Shown here piece by piece: positions 1-11,282 of a stretch of DNA of 64,000 bases. This DNA is from an uncultured bacterium. Its GTDB lineage: Bacteria; Krumholzibacteriota; Krumholzibacteriia; LZORAL124-64-63. The stretch is taken from contig CAVSGO010000003.1 in the NCBI GenBank assembly GCA_963727525.1, positions 1 to 64,000 of the forward strand. Reading direction: 5' to 3'. The notes below the pieces were generated by a model, which saw only the letters and a program-made list of their open reading frames with translations, did not search any database and was not told where the DNA came from. Made by a program: the position numbers and the translations under genes. The stretch's first letter is position 1. Every line of letters starts with the position of its first letter.

Positions 1-1147
1 GTGCATCGACCCGCCGCACGCCCCGCAGCTGATCAGGCCGGACAGCAGGTAGGGCGAGGTCTTGGCCTTGCCGGTCAAAAAGCCGGTCGCCCTGCGGTGA
101 TTGCCGCGCTGCTCCTGGATGCGCTGGGCGTGGTCGAAGGTGTCGCGGTCGATCAGAGCCTCGTGCGCGTTCTCAAAGACGAGCCAGTCCTGGGGATCGT
201 TCCATTTCAGGCGGCGCTTGCCGCAGCCGTCGCGCTCGACCTCGCGGCGGTCGGCGATGCGGTGGAATTTGCCCATGCGCCGCCGGTTCCAGACCACGCG
301 TCCGAGGTACACCTGGTTCATGATGATCACGCGGATCGACGACATTGCCCAGCCCTTGGCCTTGGGCGAGACGACGCCCTCGCGGTTCAGGCGGTCGGCG
401 ATGGACTTGAAGCCGAGGCCGGCGCCGCCGGTGTACCAGGCAAAGATGCGGCGGATCACCTCGACCCGATCGGGGGTGCTGGGCAACAGGCGCACGTGCT
501 CCCGGTCGGAGCCCTTCACCTTCTGCCCGCGGCGCACGGTGCGGCACCGGATTTCCCTCCGGGTCGAGGATCAGCTTGTCGCCGTCGTCGGTGTTGCGGA
601 CAATCTGGAAGAGCGTGCCGGTCTGGTCGAAGTAGCCGAGGTCGTAGCCGTAGGGCGCCATGCCGCCGGGCCACCAGCCCTGGTCGGCCAGGGAGACCAG
701 GCCGCGGATGACGGCCTTCGAAAGCGTGGCCGACTCGTCCCGGGCGGCCTCCTGCTTGAAGAAGCGCAGGAACTTGTCGGCGCTGGAGCCGGTGAATCCC
801 TCCGAAGTGTAGACGATCTCGACCCCGGCCTGCTTGAAGAGCCAGCGATAGTAGCCAACCTCGTCGCTGGACATGCGGCCGAAGCGCTTGATGTCCCAGA
901 CCAGGACGAAGTGCCACTTGCGGCCTTGCGACCGGGCCTCCTCGAGCATGGACAGGAAGCCCTGCCGGGTATCTCCCGAGGTGCCGGAGACGCCGTCGTC
1001 GACGAACTCGGCCACGACCTCGAAGCCTTGCTCGGCGGCGTAGCGGAGGATCTCATGCCGCTGGTCGGCGAGGGATTTCTCCTGGCGATCGGTGGAGCGG
1101 CGGAGGTAGATCGCCGCCGGGATTTTGCCGTTGGGTCGTGGGTTCAT
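1..1147 (-). CDS. Large serine recombinase (resolvase + recombinase + Zn-ribbon domains); frameshift near 545; 3' end lies beyond the window start
   Basis: N-terminal AIYLRRSTDRQEKS catalytic motif, D-x-G-x-SG, WDIKRFGR and GGMAPYGY. The alternate frame continues with IADRLNREG, IMNQVYLG, HEALID and LLSGLISCGACG. Confidence 0.9.
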
Positions 1148-1183
1148 AATGACATTCAGCCGATCCCGCCCGGAAACATCAAG

Positions 1184-1415
1184 TCAATTATTGTCTTCGC
1201 AAACTCTATCTCTGTCGCAAGTTACGGAATCGTCCGCGGCTGAGCAACGCTCCTGGTGCGCCCGGATGGCCCAGGTGACGAGCAGGTCGAGCACCTCGTC
1301 CAGGGCGGCCGGGTCGGCCAGTTCGGCGCCCTCGACCACGGTAAGGCGGGGCTCGGTGACGCGCGTCGTCGCGGGGCTGCGGGCCGGGCGCCGGGGTCGT
1401 TTTTGCCGCGCCCAT
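1184..1415 (-). CDS. Small hypothetical protein upstream of the recombinase (probable frameshift near the start)
   Basis: GAAGG-ATG at 1415; the frame RQKRPRR...ALDEVLDLLVTWAIRAHQE ends at 1184, just before the recombinase start. Confidence 0.35.
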
Positions 1416-1715
1416 CCTTCACGACTCCGTGGCCTCTTCGGCGGGCCCGAGCAGCGCGCTGGACCTGCCCGATGACCGCCGCCTCGAACTGGGCCGCCGT
1501 CTGGCGGTCGATGGGGTGGTGCAGCGGATGCGGGCGGCCCGAGGCGGCGAGCTTCCTGGGAAAGGTCAGGAACAGGTGGCCCGCCTGGTCCCGGCGGATG
1601 GCGATGTCGTTGAGCAGCACCCCGCCGTAGACGCAGGAGGCGAAGGCGACCAGGCCGCTGGGGCGTCGGGGGCCAGGCGGATCCGGACCTCGGTGATGGT
1701 GTGGATTTCGGGCAT
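1400..1715 (-). CDS. SpoVG-like nucleic-acid-binding protein (frameshifted; 3' end approximate)
   Basis: MPEIHTITEVRIR / GLVAFASCVYGGVLLNDIAIRRDQAGHLFLTFPRK...HHPIDRQTAAQFEAAVI follows the SpoVG pattern ITDVRI..A.ASI.F...V.DI.....GLFIAMPSRK....HPI. Confidence 0.65.
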
Positions 1716-1730
1716 CTGGTCGTCGGTCTC

Positions 1731-3458
1731 TCAGGCATTTTCGTGGTCCTCCCGGGGGGAAGCAGAAGCGGGCGCATCGGCCCCGAACCCATACACAGAA
1801 TTCACAGAATTCCGCGCCGAGGCCCCGAGCACCGAATTCTGTGAATTTTGTGAATTCTGTGTATGGAGTTTCGGGTTCACGTCGAAGGTCGGGCTGGGCG
1901 GCCGCCCGGGTCTCGAGCGCGGCGGATCCGGCCGGCGGCGGATGATCTCGTGCTCGGCGAGCAGGTCCAGGGGCGGAACCATCTCGGCGGGCGCCTTGAA
2001 CCCGGCCCGCAGCAGCTGGTAGGCGTCGCGCAGGGTGAAGCTCGATGCGCCCGTGCGGATGATCCAGGCCAGGATGTACCGCGCCTGGCCGGTGACCGGG
2101 TCGGCTCCCATCATGTCGAAGGCGATCTGGGCGTGGGTGCAGAGGAATTCGCTGATGCGCAGGGCCCGGCGCATGGGGCCCTCGCCGATGGCCAGGGGGG
2201 CGGTCGCGTCGGGCTCGAGGGCGTGGTCGGCCAGCTGCAGCAGCCCGGCCAGGCGGACGGTCTCGCCCGCGACCTTGTTCCCCCAGTCGGCGACGCTCTC
2301 GAACTCGCCGGCGAGGCCCAGCTTGGGCTCGTTCGTCGCCTTGAGCCCGACGAGCAGGTCGTAGGCCGCCGGGCTGAAGTCCATGGGCCGGGATTTGGTC
2401 TCCCCCGTCTCGTCGCGCAGGGTGGGCCGCCGCAGGAGCGAGGTGACCGCCTCCTCGTAGGCCTGGCTGACCTCCAGCGGGACGGGCGGCGCATCGGGGG
2501 CGCGGCGGCCGACGAGGCTCTCGGGGATCGCCCACAGGAAGCGGGCCAGGAGGCCTCGGCCGCGGAAGCCCTTCTTGTCCCGCAGCGAGGTGATGACGTC
2601 GGGCTGGATGGCCAGGCCGATGGTGATGGCGGGCTCCTGGATGGACCCGCCCTCGCGCCCGATGCGGTCGGTGGTGATGTGGCCGCCGCTGTGCCCCTTC
2701 AGGTAGACGTCGATGTTCGGGATGCCGTTGGAGTAGCGGCCGCCCATGAGCTCGAAGGGGCCGCCCTCGTCGGACATGATGGCGATGCGCCCGCCCTGCT
2801 GGCGCAGGACCGCCTCGAGCGACTCGGAGGTCACGTCGTCCAGGACCAGCCGCAGAGGCACCGGGACCTCGATGGCGCCCTGCTCGAGGACGGCCTCCTC
2901 GACCAGGGCCAGGGACTTGGCGTACTCCTCCGGCGCGCTGGCCTTGGCGGCGCGGGTCTTGAGGTGGTCGGTCCGCTTGGCGGCGACGTCGGCGCGGGCC
3001 ATGGCGGCGCGGATCTCCGGATCGGTGCGCTTGCGCTCCTCGGTCACGAACCGGGACACCGGCCGGATGGCGGCGGCGAAGGCGGGGCTCTTGGACTCGC
3101 CGGGCTTCAGGGCGACCGCGACGTAGAGGTTCAGGGGCTCGTCCCAGCCCTGGATCACGTGGGCCTGGTACCGCTTGGCGGCGCAGAGGGCCAGCACCGC
3201 TAGGCCGAGCATGGCCGGCAGGTCGACGGGGCACTGCAGGGCCGTGGCCAGGGCGGTGACCCAGTCGCGCAGCCAGGGGGGCAGGGTGTCCACGGGGAAG
3301 ACCGGGACGTTGGCCACGGGGCCGATGGGCAGGGGGTCGGGCCAGTCGGGGTCGTCGTCGGTGGTCGCATCCGGCGTGCCCGGGTCGAGGGGTTCGGCGT
3401 CGGCGAAGGGGTCCTGCGGGAGGGTGCCTTCGAGGAGGCGGTCGTTGTCGTCCTTCAT
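1731..3458 (-). CDS. YfjI/DUF3987 family helicase-like replication protein
   Basis: FPVDTLPPWLRDWV, EPLNLY, Walker A-like PGESKS, DVTSESL, SDEGG, DRIGR, IQP and GLLARFL. Its ATG overlaps the upstream stop (ATGA). Confidence 0.85.
   Translation of the reverse strand: MKDDNDRLLEGTLPQDPFADAEPLDPGTPDATTDDDPDWPDPLPIGPVANVPVFPVDTLPPWLRDWVTALATALQCPVDLPAMLGLAVLALCAAKRYQAHVIQGWDEPLNLYVAVALKPGESKSPAFAAAIRPVSRFVTEERKRTDPEIRAAMARADVAAKRTDHLKTRAAKASAPEEYAKSLALVEEAVLEQGAIEVPVPLRLVLDDVTSESLEAVLRQQGGRIAIMSDEGGPFELMGGRYSNGIPNIDVYLKGHSGGHITTDRIGREGGSIQEPAITIGLAIQPDVITSLRDKKGFRGRGLLARFLWAIPESLVGRRAPDAPPVPLEVSQAYEEAVTSLLRRPTLRDETGETKSRPMDFSPAAYDLLVGLKATNEPKLGLAGEFESVADWGNKVAGETVRLAGLLQLADHALEPDATAPLAIGEGPMRRALRISEFLCTHAQIAFDMMGADPVTGQARYILAWIIRTGASSFTLRDAYQLLRAGFKAPAEMVPPLDLLAEHEIIRRRPDPPRSRPGRPPSPTFDVNPKLHTQNSQNSQNSVLGASARNSVNSVYGFGADAPASASPREDHENA
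1791..1864. repeat. Converging 9-bp repeats (CACAGAATT x2 and x3 inverted); candidate replication origin
   Basis: ATACACAGAATTCACAGAATTC at 1791-1812 faces GAATTCTGTGAATTTTGTGAATTCTGTGTAT at 1834-1864. Confidence 0.75.
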
Positions 3459-4477
3459 CGGACTGCGACCTCCTCTCCCGCGCTGCTGCGGAAGATGCGG
3501 CAGCGTCCGTGGAGGGAGGCGGCGATCTGCTGGGCGTAGCGCTCGCCGGGCACGTCGTGGTGCGTGCGGATGACCACCGAGGCTCCCGTGGGGATGCGGG
3601 CGGCGATCTGCGGGGACCAGGCGCCCGACTCGATGCCGAGGACGGCGGGGCCCTGCTCGTCGGTCTCGCGCTGGCGCAGCGCCCAGAGCAGCCAGTCGGG
3701 TTCGCCTTCGGCCACGACGACCTGGCGCGGCTGCCACCAGGTGGGGCAGACGCCGCCGAGGAGTTGCTGGGCGAGCGGGTCGGCGAGGACCAGGCCCTTG
3801 ACGGAGAAGCCGGACGGGGCCAGGGATTTCGGGGCCACGGTGCTGTCGGTCGAGCGGGCGCGGAGCGAGACGGCCTGGCCCGTGTGGTCCCAGAGGCGGA
3901 AGATGATGCGGTGGCCGGTGTGGGTCCACGGGCCGCCCTGCAGAGCGGGCCCAGCGGGGCAGGCGGAGGCCTGCGGGGATCACGCGGGCGAGGTCCCACA
4001 GTTCGGCCTGCTGGATGGACCAGGCGGCGGCGGGGCCGTAGCGGTGGGCGAACCAGGCGGAGGCCTCGGGGGCGGCGCTCACGGGGAGGGACGCGGCCCA
4101 GAGCGCGGCGACTTCTTGGTGCGGCGGGCGGGCCGGTGATGGGTCCGCGTGGGTCCGGGCCGGCACGGCGGGCCTGGCAAAGCGGGGAGCCCGGAATTTG
4201 ATGTTTCGGTGGCACATGTTTCTGGAACAGTCCGCGGCGTCTTCTCCCCGCGGAGGATGCCGCGGCGGATGTGGCCGGCCGCCTCGCGCTCGGGGAGCCC
4301 GGTCTCCAGCGCCGCGGAAAGGAGGGCGCGCTCGGCAACGGATCGGTCGACCTCCCCCGCTCCCACGAACCCGCCGATGGCGGCGGCGGCCTTGAAGGCC
4401 GCGCAGGCCCGGCCGGATGAGGTGTGGCGGAGCGCCTGGATCTCGGAGTCGACCGCGGCTTCGACGTAGCGCCTCAT
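3455..4477 (-). CDS. Primase-like protein with a C-terminal Toprim domain (frameshifted)
   Basis: Helical N-terminus (AAAAIGGFVGAGEVDRSVAERALLSAA...GLPEREA), then Toprim-like VVVAEGEPD and RTHHDVPGERYA, spread over several frames and coupled to the DUF3987 gene. Confidence 0.6.
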
Positions 4478-4736
4478 CGCACACCGTCCTTTGCGCGGAC
4501 GGCAGGCCGTACCGGGATGATGGTGGCGTGGTGTTCAGGGGATCGGGGCTGGGAATGGCGGCAATACGCGGGCGAATTCATGGATCGGTCGCTCTCCTGC
4601 TTCGAAGCTCAAGTCGTGTATCTGCAATCCGGTTGTGCGGGTTCGGGGCGTTTGCCGGGCCGTGTTGGCGTCTCGGCCGTGGTGGCGGCGGGCCCCGATG
4701 AGGCACGATGGAGTTATGGCGGTTTCGAGAAGGGGC

Positions 4737-4765
4737 GACCAATCTAAATGTCATTTAGACTGGTC
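4737..4765. promoter_or_regulatory. 29-bp near-perfect palindrome upstream of the replication operon
   Basis: GACCAATCTAAATG-T-CATTTAGACTGGTC; 13 of 14 arm positions pair. Confidence 0.55.
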
Positions 4766-4954
4766 AGGTTGCGCTGGCGGCCGGCGTGGCGGCGAGGCTC
4801 CGCCTGCGGATACCGTCTTGGAGAAACGACGAACCCCTCTGCCTTCATTGGGCAAAGGGGGGATGGAAGCTGGGAATGGGGACGTCAGGCCAGGGCGGTC
4901 AGCAGGAGAAGCAGGAGAATCAGCAGCCGGCGTGCGGCAGTGCGCCCGCTTCGG

Positions 4955-7900
4955 TCAGAAGCGGCGCGGTTCCTTCCAGGGCAAGCCAAGCGGGTGCCGG
5001 CGACCCCGGTATTCGACGCGCGGAGGGTACTGAAACAAGTTACCACCTGTTCCAGTGTTCACATGCCTGATGGAAAAGGGACGCGTTCGATCTGACACCT
5101 CGTCCAACCGCCAGACAAGACGCAGAGCCTCAGGCCATCCCACAGCGGCAAAGATGTCGAGCAGCCCCAGAAGGTCGTCGAGTGGCTCGCCGTCACCAAC
5201 CTCCGCACGATGGTTCGCCAGAGTCGATTCGACCAGTTTCACATACTTCGCTCACGGCCATCGAATCGAAATGGTAACCTTCCGGCCTGTGAAATAGCCG
5301 CTAGCCGATGCGCCATGTGCAATACGCCGCGCGGATCATGCTCCAGAACCCCGTTCAGGAGTTCCATGAAATGATGGGCCGTCCGAGCGAAGAAAACGCC
5401 TCCGTTTTCTCCGTCTGACACCCTGATCACGCTGGTCGAGCAGCGGCTTGATAAAGCGGGTAGAACTCCCCCGCTCCTCACTCTCAAACCGGTTCTCCAT
5501 CCCGCGATCCCTTGAATAACCACGAGCTGAAATAGAACCGCGTTACAACCTCGTCTATTACCCCATACACATCATGGGCCGCTGATGGACATCCTCCGTG
5601 ATCTCTTCTGGAGTGAGACTTTGGATCTTTCTTCAACTCCAAAGCCGCCGCATCAATCGCACGACCCAGCCACTCACATGCCTGCTCTGCATGCACACGC
5701 TTTTCTGCGTCCTTAAGAATTGCGGGAGTCACGTACGAAAGCGCATCCAAAAGTCGAACACAAGTGCTTCGTGATGACAGTACGGATTCGTCAGAACTCG
5801 TCTGCCGTAGCCCTGCCCATTCGTTCCTACGAACGATGCTTAGCCACATTACCATATTTATGTAAGTACCAAGGAGTTCCGCTTCTTCCCCGGCCTGGAG
5901 GGTGGCGACCTCTTAGCTTTTCAAGGATTGTGACAAGTTCTTCTCCTCTATCGCGGGCAACGAGCGTACGTCAAAGTCCGGCAGAGGGCTTGTTGGACAA
6001 CCCTGTTGGCTTCATGTTCGGCGACGTGGTCTACAAGGCGCCAGAGCAGTTCTTCATAATGCCGTTTCAGTCGGAAGAGATCACTGGTCGCCAAGTGACC
6101 TGACTGATGGCTTTCGGGTCGCTTCGACAGGCCTCGACCGCCGACGCCACTTCGCGTCACCCCCAGCCCCAGACGGCGATCCAAGGGAGACCTTGCGCCG
6201 CTTCGTTCCTTGGAGCCGGCGACCAACCTGCGTGTTCGTACTTGTCGTCGTACTCAGGATCGGGCTTGGGTTCTGGATGGCCCGAGCATCCAGGAGACGC
6301 GCCTACAAAGCTGAAATTCTTCGTCTTCCTTGGTCTTCGGTTGCCTTGGCGATCGTTTCCGCGCATTCACCGGTCTTCGTCCACAGGGAATTCTCCACTC
6401 GGCTTGTCCGCGCCGCGGATCTTCATGCAGCAATGCAAATGCACCCCGAAGAGTAGGTGCGATGCTTTTGACTGCTTCTAGTGTAGGCCGTTTGTCTCTC
6501 CATTCGGACACGAAGCCATCAAGGGGAGCAAAGAAGGCATGCAGCTTTGCATTTCTCTTCCTTCTCCACATTCGCGCCTTGTTCCTCAAGCCATTCAGCT
6601 TCGGTATACGGTGTGAGATTCGCTCGTAAACTTCACAAGAGTGGTTCATTGCCAGGGATTCTGCCCGCTGCCTCGAGTTCGGCCATTACCGTCCGGAGCC
6701 TCATCGGTCTGGAGTTGGTCACTGGGAATTCGAGCCAGAAGCCGATTCCTGCGACTTTGAAGCGATTCACGAGCGTGTGTTTGTCGGCTTTGGCCGGTAA
6801 CGCGATCAACGACTCCTCCAATTCACGTAGCATATCTGAGTCATAGTGCGGCACAGCCGCCTCAACGAAACTGGCTAGTTCGTGAATTGTATCATTGCCC
6901 GTTTGAACGGGAATGCCGTGCAAAGCTCGAAGAGAGGCGTTGCGAACGGTCGGGGGTTCGAGCACCAAGATCAAGGAGCCCCGCCCAAAAATAGCCAACC
7001 ATCGAATGATCTCGGAAGATATCCAGCGCCGACGCTATGAATGCAACCTCCCTGGGTCCTTTCCTGCCTTTTCCAAGAACTCGAAGAACGTCGACGCGAT
7101 AGCCATGGGCTCATCGGGATAATTCGATTCACCCCAGATGCCACTCATATCTGCTCACTGAAGCGTGCCTGCTTCCCACGGAATGCGAACTCCTGGACGA
7201 GATCGCTCAGCTTGGCTCCTTCATTCAAGTGGGGAATGATGTGGGCCCCCAAGATGAAAGCCGTGAGGCAATGAATCGCGGTCTCCATTGCGACTTCAGG
7301 CGCAGGCTTCAATGAATGTAAGATATTGCTCTTTCAGATTGTAGTGGCACATCTGGTAATCTTGGCGTCGTGTGCTGACATCGGCAGAATCGGAGTGCCC
7401 ATCTCGGTCTTCTCATCGCTCGTTTCCGGATTCTCGAATACGGCCCTGTAGACCATGCCGACGAACTCGGGGTCCGACGACACGATGTATCTGAGTTCAT
7501 GGGTGAGGCGGTAAAGGAAATCTATGGGAACCCCTCCTCCTTTACGATCTCCAGAATCGGCTCAAGAATGCGCCGCGACTCCTGAGGCGCGGAGGAGAAT
7601 GACTGGGCGATGATGGGAAGCACCCACCCGCTGCCCAGACGGTCGAAGCGCTTCCCCTCAGCATTCCCGCGCTGTTGCCACACCCAGCCCAGTACATTTC
7701 GAGCCGCGCTGCCGCAGACAGCGATAAGTTCCGAATCTTGCGCACTCTTCGCCCTATTAAATACCTCAGAAAGGCTGGTAGCCAAATCGCCCACGAAGGA
7801 TGGACTTATGTCTTGAGACAATTTCAGCAGGACCGGAACCCACACCTCATCCCGCTTGATATTCTGCGCTCTGAACGCCTGAAGGAGACGCAAAACAGCC

Positions 7901-9144
7901 TCATCCCCAAGTTCCCTGTTGTTTCCCCGGAAATCCACGAGAGGTCGCAACTCGTCTGTTCGCCGGAGTTCACTGGCTACCACCGCAGTCGGCAGCAATC
8001 GGGCAAAAAGACGCATGTGGACTTTCTCGCTCGGTAGTATGTGCCACAGAATCGTCCAGAATGAGTCCGGCTGCGTGAACCATAGGCGCGTAAAGAAGTA
8101 ATTCAGGCTCGGCCGGAGAAAGAGAGGACGTGATGGGTCAGCGCTCAGGAATCGCTCAAAATCCGCGGGTGTATCTTCGATCAGAAGAACGCTCACTGCG
8201 AAGTCGAAAAGAATATTGTGGCTAAAACCAACTCTTTGCTTCTGCCGACCAACCTCCTCAAGAATGCTCGCGCTCAGCAGATCATGCCATGCCGCCTCGT
8301 GTGCGAACTCGAAGACCTGGTCCTTTCGGCAAGAGAGACTGTGCTCCGCTACCATCCTTTCGGCAATGCGAGAGACAAGTACGCTCCGGCCCTCAGCGTG
8401 CGTGCCCTTGTCGACGCGTTCCCGCCAGAACATGGTCAGCAATTCAATCTCTGATCGGACTGACGACAGCTCTTCGGCTAACGCGGGGTCAGATAGCAAC
8501 TGCTCAAGAAGCCAGATATTAAACGGGGTTCTCGTCAACATCCGAAAGTCACTGGACGCCTTACTGAGGAGACCGGGCATTCCCGAAATGGTCCTCGCTA
8601 CTGATTCAATTTCATCGTCAGTTAGAAGAGGCACATGGAAGTGCCGGCAGCCCACGCCGGCAAGATGGTATTCAGCTGGTGCAGTGGAAGCCTGTCCCAC
8701 CTCAGGGAACAACTTCAGTAAATCCTGAGACTTAATAGCATCGTAGGTCCGGACACTCACAATGACCCGCCATGTAGAAGCCAGCCTTTTCTCAACCTGC
8801 TGAATAAGGCCAAGTAGCTGGCGTTGGGTCTTGTCAGAACGGGCAGCATCGAAGCCATCAACTACAAAGAACCCGGGAGAATCCTCGGTCGCGCCTCTCT
8901 CGCGCGAAAGGTACGCTAGGATATCCGTCGGGATCCCCAAGCTCTGACTTAGGTCCCCCACGGTCTCGATGCCCAATTTGTCGATCGGGATATAGAGACA
9001 GGGCCGCCTCTCCTCGATAAGCTTCTTGCAAAACCCTGAGACCGTGTGTGTTTTACCGGCACCGGGATGTCCGAGCACAACCCCATTCCCGGCATGGGCG
9101 AAAGTTTGGAAAGCCGCTTGAAGCGCGCCGCGCGGTATCTTCAT
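4955..9144 (-). CDS. Large STAND/NACHT-like NTPase, Avs-like (~1400 aa; several frameshifts after 7522)
   Basis: Walker A GHPGAGKT, Walker B FFVVDGFD, VIVSVRTYD, RTPFNIWLL and FSHNILFDFA. Helical fragments continue to LLDIFAAVGWPEALRLVWRLDEV. Confidence 0.75.
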
Positions 9145-10379
9145 TACAGCATCTCCAAGGTCCGTTTGCTGATTTCGTTCACACCAAGTTCGCCCATAGA
9201 GACACCCATGCGAGCGGCAAGATCCGCTACAAGGGCGTCAAGTCCAGAATGATCGCGTGGGTTGCCAGATGGAATTTCGTAGAAGATCGGCCTCACTTGC
9301 ATCCTGTGAAGTTTTTCCATTGTCTGCAATAGATCATCGTCAGACCGAACACCGATCAGCGCGAAGTGCGGGCGCTCCATTCGACAGATCCAAATCTGCC
9401 CGCCAGACGTTCATTACGTCGACGAAGAAGTCGTCCTGTCAGGCTGAATCCCACAAATACCAGATTACGAGTAGCCAGAAGTGCCCAGATTGTGCGGCGA
9501 TGCAATGTATCTTGTGGCGTAATACTACGTCGGTTCTGCAGCGGAGTGTCCAGGGGCACCTTATCGTAGAAAAACTGGTAATCGCTTAACGCCAGTACAA
9601 TACTGGTCTGGACGGTCGTAACAGCCATGCAGATGAAGGACATGCGGGCATGGCTCCGTGCCTAGTTTTTCGTAAAATAGTCCAACACCAAGGTAGCTGC
9701 TGTTCGTATCGCAGAGATTGATTGCCCTACAACCTGAAGACGGATACGCGGTGTGGACGGAAGTCCTCCAACACTACATCATAATTTGTAGTCACCGAGT
9801 CCACCGAATCCAAGTCGGACAAGCCGCGATTGGAGCGGACCGAGAGTTTGTTTTCTTGGGGGCAAAATGAGTATCAATGAATCGGTCGAACGGCTGGAAG
9901 TCGCCGAATTTCTTCACACATTCCAACTTCACCATTTCCGCCGCAACTTTGACGTCTAAACCCTTACCGAACTGAATTGTAGGTGCAAGTTCGTCGCGCA
10001 TTGACTCGACGAGGGACCACCAGCCAGGATAGCCCAAATCGACACTGCATCCAGCTCCGGCCAACAGGATTGGCCGCCGTTCGTTCAGGAGAGAAACTAG
10101 CTCCTTGATCACTTCGTCATTGAGTTTCGGAATGTCCTGTAACCCGACCCGTTGAGAATCTGGTAGTGAAGCCGACTTGGTTTCCTCTTGGCGACTAGAT
10201 ACGGCGGGGCTCGTCGTTTCGGTTATGGGCGTATCGGGAGTTGATTCGGATTCCACAAATGGCTCGCCAGGACATGCCGGCGTTTGCAGATCATGTTGAT
10301 CGGCATTTGCTCGATCTATGACTCTTCGCAATATCGTTTTCAATTCCTGATATAGCCTCATAGATCCCATTCCATTCAT
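9144..10379 (-). CDS. SIR2-like (SIR2_2) putative NADase (frameshifted)
   Basis: ILLAGAGCS...YPGW, VTTNYD (~9775-9795), VLHLHG (~9625-9645) and LVFVGFSLT appear in order across frames. Confidence 0.8.
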
Positions 10380-10492
10380 TCTACCTCAAAGCCCTGCGAA
10401 GAGAACCTCAACGTCCGGCTACTTTCCGTGACGGTGCAAACGATCTGGCCGGACACCCCACCAGGAAGCGTAGCCTCGATCTTCAGCCCCAC

Positions 10493-11282
10493 TCATGCGG
10501 CTGGCAGAGGTAATAGCAACCCTCTCTCGATCAGCGTTCGAAAGTGAGTGGACACACTCGCCGCCAGCGCGTGGTCGCGGACCAGCAGCCCGAGTTCGAT
10601 GTTTCGGTCGAGGGCGGCCTCGGTGAGGTTCGCCGAGGTCACGAAGACCGCCTCGTCGTCGGCCACGACGGCCTTGGCGTGCAGCACGCCCGCCGGGCCC
10701 GTCCAGCTCGAGCGCGCGCGGGTCGTAGAAGACGCTGCGGCCGCGATGAGCCTGGCCAGTCCGTGTTCCAGAAGCGGTCCGCGAACTTCCGCACGAGTTG
10801 ATCCGCGGCGGTCGTGTCGCCTCGCTTGCGCTGGATGTTCAGCAGCAGCGTGACGCGCAGGTCGGGCTTGGCGTCCATGCGCTGCGCCAGCACCTCGAAG
10901 GCCCGGGGGCCGTCGAAGAAGGCATAGGTGCTCGCCCAGACCGAGCGCTCCGCGGAGCCGAGCAGCTCCTCGTAGACGCGCCGCGTGTCGCGGGCGTGCA
11001 GGCCCGGCACCTCCGGGCCCGGACCACACGAGATCCGGCCGTGGCGTCGCGCGACGTCGCCTCGTCGACGGTCCGGATCCAGGCTGCGGCAGCCGGCCCG
11101 GAGATCCCCAGTCGCTCCAGCTCGAGCAAGCGCCGCCGACGACTCCTCGCCGTCCTCGCTGCATCCCCAGGACCGACCGCAGCGGACGCGGCGGAGTACG
11201 GCGTCGCGAGAAGTCCCGACTCGAGGGCGCTCGCGAGCCGCTTGCGCAGATGCGCCGGCAGATCGAGAAGGGCGTCGATCAT
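10493..11282 (-). CDS. drmC: DISARM phospholipase D-family nuclease DrmC (frameshifted)
   Basis: MIDALLDLPAHLRKRLASAL start; HKD motif GVLHAKAVVADD...VTSANLT...NIELG; last gene of the DISARM operon. Confidence 0.85.

Noticed and set aside
1222-4484. 1038-aa ORF and 917-aa fused primase-helicase ORF from the track
   Set aside because: GC-rich shadow or frameshift-joined frames; the helicase has its own GGAGG-ATG at 3458.
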